Shown here piece after piece: positions 57,826 through 64,000 of a stretch of DNA of 64,000 bases (position 1 is the stretch's first letter; the number at the start of each line of letters is the position of its first letter). This DNA comes from Acidobacteriota bacterium (lineage in GTDB: Bacteria; Acidobacteriota; Holophagae; Holophagales; Holophagaceae). The stretch is taken from contig SXYX01000014.1 of NCBI GenBank assembly GCA_005788175.1, positions 87,277 through 151,276 on the forward strand, read 5' to 3'. Both the position numbers and the translations under genes were made by a program. The notes under the pieces were generated by a model, which searched no databases, had not been told where the DNA came from, and saw only the letters and a program-made list of their open reading frames with translations.

Positions 57826-57961
57826 AAATACACTCCTAACAGGTGAGAGTCAGCGCTTAGGCGTTGTTCCAATGTGGTTAGACAGTCAGTAGACCGTCAA
57901 AGAGAAGATCTCTCTGTTCCTCATGAGGTTAGACTCGAATGTATATTCTACCGCAAAAAAC

Positions 57962-59083
57962 TCATTGGAAAAAGGACTCAATAATAACTGCGACCTCTTC
58001 CAATTGCTGGAGGCTCATCTCGGGATATACCGGAATACTAACCACTTCACTGGCCGCAAGTTCAGAATGAATAAACTGCCCCTTCTTGTTGCCTAGATAT
58101 TCAAAGCAGGGTTGTTGGTGAAGAGAAATAGGATAGTAAACAGCATTCCCAATCTGGTGTTCATTTAGATAAGCTCTGAAAGCATCCCTTTTTCCTTGTT
58201 TAATTCTTAAGGTGAACTGATTATAGATGTGTCTTCCATTGGGTATTGAAAAAGAAGGGAGGGCAACACGGTCTGAATCTAGATTAGACAACCGAGCAAG
58301 ATACCAAGATGCATTTTTAATACGTCCCTCGTGCCAGGACTCAAGATATTTCAATTTTGCTCTCAGGATCATGGCTTGGAATTCATCAAGTCGACCATTG
58401 ATTCCAACTTCATGGTGAACATAAATAGGTTCCATACCATGTACTCGAAGTCGCTTAACTTTTTTATAGAGCGATTCATCATCAAGAATAGTTGTAAGAC
58501 CAGCATCACCAAAAGCACCTAAATTTTTAGTTGGGTAAAAGCTAAAAGAGCTCATGCATCCCCACTCTCCAGCTTCTCTGCCCCAGCCTCTAGCTCCCAT
58601 ACTTTGGCATGCGTCTTCAACAACAGGAATTTTGAGTGTATTGGCAATTTTCATAATTTCTGGCATGTTAGCTAACTGTCCAAAGAGATGGACAGGCATA
58701 ATAGCTTTGGTTTTCGGAGATATACAACTTTCAAGACTCGAAGAGTCCATATTAAAAGTCAAAGGATCAATATCGGTAAAGATAGGCGTTGCCCCTAAAC
58801 GGGCAACTACGCCAGCAGTTGAGAAAAAAGTGAAAGTCGGAATAATGACTTCATCACCCGGCCCTACACCTAAAGCCATAAGAGCAAGAAGCTGTGCATC
58901 GGTGCCACTTGAAACGCCTACAGCATAGTTAGTATGAGCGTAGACTGAAACTTCTTTTTCAAACTCCGCAACATGCGAACCCAAGATGAATGAGGATCGA
59001 TTAAGTAAATCTTGAAGACCTTCGATAACTTCTTGACGAACTAGATCATTCTGAGCACGCAAATCAAGCAAGGGAACTGACAT
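57962..59083 (-). CDS. DegT/DnrJ/EryC1/StrS-family PLP-dependent sugar aminotransferase
   Basis: SSGTDAQLLAL, SFYPTKNLGAFGDAG and the overall length. Confidence 0.85.
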   Translation of the reverse strand: MSVPLLDLRAQNDLVRQEVIEGLQDLLNRSSFILGSHVAEFEKEVSVYAHTNYAVGVSSGTDAQLLALMALGVGPGDEVIIPTFTFFSTAGVVARLGATPIFTDIDPLTFNMDSSSLESCISPKTKAIMPVHLFGQLANMPEIMKIANTLKIPVVEDACQSMGARGWGREAGEWGCMSSFSFYPTKNLGAFGDAGLTTILDDESLYKKVKRLRVHGMEPIYVHHEVGINGRLDEFQAMILRAKLKYLESWHEGRIKNASWYLARLSNLDSDRVALPSFSIPNGRHIYNQFTLRIKQGKRDAFRAYLNEHQIGNAVYYPISLHQQPCFEYLGNKKGQFIHSELAASEVVSIPVYPEMSLQQLEEVAVIIESFFQ

Positions 59084-59086
59084 AAA

Positions 59087-60604
59087 TTAGATAGTCTCTT
59101 CATTATTATTTGTAGATTTTATGGGGCGCATGAGAGGAAATAAAATGACGTCACGAATACTGATCTGATTAGTAAGCAACATAATCAAACGATCGATTCC
59201 AAGACCCTGTCCTCCCGCAGGTGGCATTCCATGTTCCATAGCCGTTAAAAACTCATCGTCGAGTTGCATTGCCTCTTCATTGCCACTCTCTCTTTCTCGG
59301 GTTTGATATTCAAGTCGCTTTTTTTGATCAACTGGGTCATTAAGTTCTGAATAGGCATTTGAAAGTTCCATCCCGCCAATGTAAAGTTCAAATCGATCAA
59401 CGATTGAAGTACTCCCTGAAACAAGCTTGGTTAGAGGACTGACTTCTATTGGATAATCAGTTATAAAAGTGGGCTGAATGAGGCGACTTTCAACTAAGTG
59501 TTCAAAAGCATAGAATTGTAAAAGTCCGATAGATTTTTGATCGACGTTTGTAGCACCGATAGACGTAGAGTATTTCTTCATAAAATCATAACTATCTACA
59601 TCGCGATCTTGAAGTTTTCCAATCGAAATTAGTGAATCGCGCATGGTGAGCCGGCGAAAGGGTTTTCCATAATCAATCAAGATTTCACCCCACGGAAGGC
59701 TCAATCCACCCATGACCTCTTGAGCCAAAAAGCAAATAAGGCCTTCAAGAAGATCCATCATGTCGCGAAGATCCTGACCAGCGGCATAGGATTCCATCAT
59801 AGTGAATTCGGGATTATGCCTTGTTGATAGTACTTCATTTCTAAAATTTCGATTGATCTCATAAACTTTTGAGAAACCACCAATAATTAATCGCTTAAGA
59901 AATAGTTCGGGAGCAATACGAAGATATAGAGGAATATCTAAAGCATTATGATGCGTAGTAAAGGGGCGAGCAGTTGCCCCTCCTGGAATGGCTTGCATCA
60001 TGGGAGTTTCAACTTCAAGGTAGCCTAATTGATTCATATAAGTTCGAAGAGAGGCAATAAGAAGACTTCGTTTTTCAAAAATTTTAAAGACATTGTCATC
60101 AGAAATGAGATCTAGGTATCGCTGTCTATACCGTATTTCAACATCCTGAAGACCATGCCATTTTTCAGGAAGTGGCAACAGCGCTTTAGCAAGAAAATAT
60201 ATGGCACTAGCTCTAAGTGTTAATTCTCCAGTCTTGGTTCTCATCAAAGTACCTTCAACTGAAATAAAATCTCCAAGATCTACTAAGTGCATTAATTCCC
60301 ATTGATCTGCTGTCAAGGCATCTTGACGGAGATAAGTTTGAACCTTAACTCCTCCTTCAAATAAATGAAGAAATATGGTTTTACCCTGGTCTCTAAGAGA
60401 GACCACTCGACCCATGATTGAAATCACCTTCGTTTCACTCTGGAGTGCTAATTCACTCAGGGGTTGAAACTGATGAATAAATTCCACGAGCGTGTGAGTA
60501 GTATTGGCTTTCCTAGGGTATGCCTCACCAACAATAGCTCGTATTTTCTTTAATTTTTCTTCTCGAACTTGACGAAGCTGATTAGATGAATGGGGAGTAT
60601 CCAC
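59087..60604 (-). CDS. lysS: lysyl-tRNA synthetase (class II)
   Basis: GTG start. FRNE, GGMELSNAYSELNDP and GLGIDRLIMLL motifs. Confidence 0.95.
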   Translation of the reverse strand: MDTPHSSNQLRQVREEKLKKIRAIVGEAYPRKANTTHTLVEFIHQFQPLSELALQSETKVISIMGRVVSLRDQGKTIFLHLFEGGVKVQTYLRQDALTADQWELMHLVDLGDFISVEGTLMRTKTGELTLRASAIYFLAKALLPLPEKWHGLQDVEIRYRQRYLDLISDDNVFKIFEKRSLLIASLRTYMNQLGYLEVETPMMQAIPGGATARPFTTHHNALDIPLYLRIAPELFLKRLIIGGFSKVYEINRNFRNEVLSTRHNPEFTMMESYAAGQDLRDMMDLLEGLICFLAQEVMGGLSLPWGEILIDYGKPFRRLTMRDSLISIGKLQDRDVDSYDFMKKYSTSIGATNVDQKSIGLLQFYAFEHLVESRLIQPTFITDYPIEVSPLTKLVSGSTSIVDRFELYIGGMELSNAYSELNDPVDQKKRLEYQTRERESGNEEAMQLDDEFLTAMEHGMPPAGGQGLGIDRLIMLLTNQISIRDVILFPLMRPIKSTNNNEETI

Positions 60605-60661
60605 GGAACCTCAGACGCATAGAGTGCTTCTACTTAATTTAATCTTTCTAGGGCCTTAAAC

Positions 60662-61156
60662 CTAATGTTTTGGTTGAACCAAGACGATTCCCAAGGCTTC
60701 TTCTTCGAGACCCTCCATTTTATAGGGGGATCCTTGAATCATAATATCCAAACTCTCAGGCACAGTACCATTCTCTAGAGGCTTTAGGGCCTTAAGGCAA
60801 GAATCAAAACTAGTATCAAGTGTCGCTAATTTTTGTCCTTCTGGCGGAAGGCCTTTTTCAATCCATGCAGAAGTGGCTTTAATCACGACACCTGATGTTC
60901 TATCAACCAAGCAAGAGGCTGTATTCAACCTGGACCATGCTTTCCGGTAAGAACCATAATAAAAATTTTGATCTTTTTGAGTGGCTGACATATCAGCCTT
61001 TAAACGACTATTCTCTCGCCAAAAGCGATGTGCCAAGATGGCTGTGAACAAAAGGGCTACGGCCAAGAAAAGGACACCTCGATCCATAGGCTTTGGCGTC
61101 AATTCTTGAATTTGGTTGAAAACTAAAAAAAATTTACTGTGACCCAATATGGCCAT
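60662..61156 (-). CDS. hypothetical membrane-anchored protein
   Basis: One TM (GVLFLAVALLFTAILAH) and no recognised family. The start is uncertain. Confidence 0.4.
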   Translation of the reverse strand: MAILGHSKFFLVFNQIQELTPKPMDRGVLFLAVALLFTAILAHRFWRENSRLKADMSATQKDQNFYYGSYRKAWSRLNTASCLVDRTSGVVIKATSAWIEKGLPPEGQKLATLDTSFDSCLKALKPLENGTVPESLDIMIQGSPYKMEGLEEEALGIVLVQPKH

Positions 61157-61258
61157 TTTTCAACCTCCTGTTGTAACTTAATTTTATCTTGTCAAGAATA
61201 AGATGCAATCCTAGTCTAAAATAAATAATTAGACATCAAAGTGTAATTAAGGAGTCTC

Positions 61259-62389
61259 ATGATACCGCAATACAAATTCAAAGAGGGACTCGAAGATATC
61301 GTTGCAGGTACATCAAGTATTTGTTTCATTGATGGAATACAAGGGCGACTTGTTTATAGAGGTTACGATATCAAAGACTTAGTAAATGGCTCTTTTGAGG
61401 AAACACTTTTTCTACTTTGGAGAGGCAAATTACCGACTGCTACACAACTCAAGGAATTTAATGAAGAGCTCGTATCACACCGTGTGGTGAATCCAGATAT
61501 TTTGAGACATCTTAACGACCTTCCAAGGCAAGGTCATCCTATGGATCATCTACGAACGGCCGTAAGTATTAATGGTATTTACAATAAAACCGGCAGTTCT
61601 ACGGGGGAAGTTGAGGAAAATCTTAATGCCATGAGGTTAACAGCCAAATTTCCAACATTTGTAGCTGCTCTTTATAGATTTTCCAAAGGATTATCTCCTA
61701 TTCTGCCAAGAGATGATCTCAGTCATGCCGATAATTTTTTATATATGATGTTTGGTGAACGACAACCCGATCTTTTTGTAAAAGCAATGGATATGGGTTT
61801 AATTCTGCATGCTGATCATGAGTTTAATGCTTCTACTTTTTCTGCTCGTGAGATCGCCTCTACGATGTCGGATATGTATTCCGCAGTAACGGGTGCCATA
61901 GGTGCACTCAAAGGGCCATTACATGGTGGTGCGAATGAAGCCGTTATGCGCATGCTGCTTGATATTGGTAATATGAGTAATATAGAACCTTGGCTGGCTA
62001 AGGCGCGAAGCGAGCGACGTAAGATAATGGGCTTCGGTCATCGTGTGTATAAAACTAAAGATCCTCGAGCTGTAGTTCTTGAATCAATGAGCGAAGAAAT
62101 TGGAATTGCGACGAAAAATCGAAGCTGGTTCGATATGAGCCGATCCATCGAAGCCTATATGCTTAATTCTGATAAGCCCATTTACCCTAATGTTGATTTT
62201 TATAGTGCCTCAATGTATTACCAAATGGGTATTCCTTTCGAGCTTTTTACTCCAATATTTGCAGTAAGCCGTATTGCTGGTTGGAGTGCTCATATATTGG
62301 AACAACATGCTCGAAATCGTATCATTCGCCCCGCGGCAGAATATACAGGACCTGAGTCGCTTACCTATATCCCTATTACTGATCGATAA
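61259..62389 (+). CDS. gltA: citrate synthase (small, CitZ/archaeal-type; 2-methylcitrate synthase not excluded)
   Basis: LHADHEFNAST, GPLHGGANE and GFGHRVYKTKDPRA. Confidence 0.85.
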   Translation: MIPQYKFKEGLEDIVAGTSSICFIDGIQGRLVYRGYDIKDLVNGSFEETLFLLWRGKLPTATQLKEFNEELVSHRVVNPDILRHLNDLPRQGHPMDHLRTAVSINGIYNKTGSSTGEVEENLNAMRLTAKFPTFVAALYRFSKGLSPILPRDDLSHADNFLYMMFGERQPDLFVKAMDMGLILHADHEFNASTFSAREIASTMSDMYSAVTGAIGALKGPLHGGANEAVMRMLLDIGNMSNIEPWLAKARSERRKIMGFGHRVYKTKDPRAVVLESMSEEIGIATKNRSWFDMSRSIEAYMLNSDKPIYPNVDFYSASMYYQMGIPFELFTPIFAVSRIAGWSAHILEQHARNRIIRPAAEYTGPESLTYIPITDR

Positions 62390-62409
62390 CTTACTTCGGG
62401 TATCCTGCT

Positions 62410-62901
62410 GTGCCAATAATTTATTTTCTGTTCTCATCTTTGCTTTGGGCCCAGGAGCCACAGGATAAGTCAATAACACTACCAGTGCCCACTATTCAAG
62501 AATTATGGGATAAAAATGATGTACTACTCTTAAAGGAAACCCTCTCTATTGGATCTATTGTGGGTTCTAATCTTATCTCTGTAGAAAAAGTTCAAGTTAC
62601 CCAGGGTAATACCAAGGCTGATGGAATAAGTCTAGTTGTAGATAAAGAAGAGCAATATCTATTTTCCGTTAATGAATTAACATTACTGATAAAACAATTA
62701 GAGGCTCTCCTTAGCAAGATGAACGACCCGATGCCTCCAAGGGGTATTTACACTATCTCAACTCGCAACGGTATTCGTATTATTTACTCACCTAAAGGAA
62801 TGACACCAACGATTAGTTTAAATAATATACAGCTCACACGTAGGCAGTTTGATGATCTGCGAAAATTACTTGAAAAAGCCTTGGCTCCTAGTTCGTTTTA
62901 A
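62410..62901 (+). CDS. hypothetical secreted protein
   Basis: GTG start and signal-like MPIIYFLFSSLLWAQEP. No family was recognised. Confidence 0.4.
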   Translation: MPIIYFLFSSLLWAQEPQDKSITLPVPTIQELWDKNDVLLLKETLSIGSIVGSNLISVEKVQVTQGNTKADGISLVVDKEEQYLFSVNELTLLIKQLEALLSKMNDPMPPRGIYTISTRNGIRIIYSPKGMTPTISLNNIQLTRRQFDDLRKLLEKALAPSSF

Positions 62902-64000
62902 TGCTTTTTTGAGCAATTTTTATAACGTTCTCAACTGTTAGGCCATATTTTTTATAAAGCGCAGAAGCTGGAGCACTTGCCCCAAAAGTGTTAATACCTA
63001 GGATATGGCCATGAGATCCTGCAATGATTTCCCACCCCCAGGTAATACCGGCTTCAATCACAATGCGTTTATGAATATTGGGCGGCAAGATTGAGTTGCG
63101 ATATGAAATATCTTGGGATAAAAAAAGTTCTAGACTTGGCATTGAAATGATACGCACCTTGATATTTTGAGATTCGAGTTGATAGCGTGCCTCTTCAGCA
63201 ATCATCAATTCTGAACCACTTGCAACGATAATGAGGTCGGGGTCTACTATGTTCGGATTAAGAATGTAACCACCTTTTTGTAATTGATATGCATATTCAT
63301 AAGTTAGATTCTTCGTCTTTTGCCGCGTCAAAATCAATGCAGTTGGTCCATCATTTCTCAAAAGGGCTTGTTGCCAGGCATATATCGTTTCATAACTATC
63401 AGCCGGACGAATTACGCGCATATTGGGAATCATTCTAAGACTCATTAAATGTTCTATGGGCTGATGGGTAGGTCCATCTTCGCCGAGACCAATGGAATCA
63501 TGGGTAAATATGTAGGTAACAGGTATTTTCATAAGGGCCGCGAGGCGAATACTGGGTCTCATATAATCGGCAAACTGTAGAAAGGTGGCTCCATAAACAC
63601 GAAGTCCGCTATGGATAGCTAAACCATTGAGAATCGCACCCATTGCATGTTCGCGAACACCAAAGTGAATATTCCGACCAATACTATGTCTAGTGAAGTC
63701 TTTTTCTGCCTTCAGATAAGAATTATTACTTGGGGCTAAATCTGAACTTCCTCCAAGTATATTCTTATTAATCGAAGCAAGTGAATTTAGAATTCGACCA
63801 CTAGACTCACGCGTAGCAATAGATTCATCTTGCTTAAAAAGAGCAAACAGGTCTTGTTCATCCACTATCATTTGATTTTTTAAATTATTCTTAAATTCTC
63901 GAGCCAACTCTGGATATTTTTTTTCATAACACATAAAAAGTTCATGCCATTGTTGTTCGGAATGATTTCCTTTAGGAATCGCCTCTCTCCAATGCTGAAG
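62888..64000 (-). CDS. tkt: transketolase, C-terminal two-thirds; the 5' end lies outside the window
   Basis: GLGEDGPTHQPIEHL and FGASAP motifs. The frame stays open from 63935 to the window edge (LQHWREAIPKGNHSEQQWHELF). Confidence 0.9.
   Translation of the reverse strand, partial: LQHWREAIPKGNHSEQQWHELFMCYEKKYPELAREFKNNLKNQMIVDEQDLFALFKQDESIATRESSGRILNSLASINKNILGGSSDLAPSNNSYLKAEKDFTRHSIGRNIHFGVREHAMGAILNGLAIHSGLRVYGATFLQFADYMRPSIRLAALMKIPVTYIFTHDSIGLGEDGPTHQPIEHLMSLRMIPNMRVIRPADSYETIYAWQQALLRNDGPTALILTRQKTKNLTYEYAYQLQKGGYILNPNIVDPDLIIVASGSELMIAEEARYQLESQNIKVRIISMPSLELFLSQDISYRNSILPPNIHKRIVIEAGITWGWEIIAGSHGHILGINTFGASAPASALYKKYGLTVENVIKIAQKSIKTN

Overview
The window is a compact, moderately AT-rich chromosomal segment from a Gram-negative bacterium. 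It is almost fully coding, with many 1-29 nt gene overlaps. Most of it is housekeeping. This includes topA, holB-tmk, murA, prs, gltX, lysS, rimO, rpmB, rplI, two HU/IHF genes, tsaB-rimI, a nuoHIJKLMN half-operon, ETF-QO, citrate synthase and a transketolase fragment. It also includes three tRNAs: Pro-GGG, Glu-CUC and Gln-CUG. Amino-acid catabolism genes are present: tryptophan 2,3-dioxygenase, homogentisate dioxygenase, an FAH-family hydrolase and P5C dehydrogenase. The envelope genes (an Oar-like TonB-dependent receptor, many lipoproteins) and a sigma-54 activator suggest a Bdellovibrionota- or Myxococcota-like lifestyle, but that is only an inference. No CRISPR array, integrase, transposase or rRNA was seen. 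The only accessory-looking stretch is about 36.8-45.4 kb. It holds a eukaryote/archaea-type XPB (Ssl2/Rad25) helicase transcribed divergently from three genes. The first is a 908-aa Asp-box double-propeller protein with a dockerin-like module inserted internally. The second is a poly-Gly-linked lipoprotein with a tentative cohesin-like domain. The third is a 641-aa protein that repeats the XPB N-terminal domain and ends in a WYL-like domain. An ECF sigma/anti-sigma pair and a family-4 UDG follow. The XPB plus XPB-NTD/WYL partner, and the dockerin/cohesin-like pair, are the best candidates for something undescribed. Other oddities are an MFP-FtsX permease-MFS operon with no ATPase, an FAH-flavin reductase-AlkB operon, a hairpin-rich leader before the Oar-like gene, and two apparently degenerate enzymes. 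All family calls rest on motifs read by eye and no searches were run.
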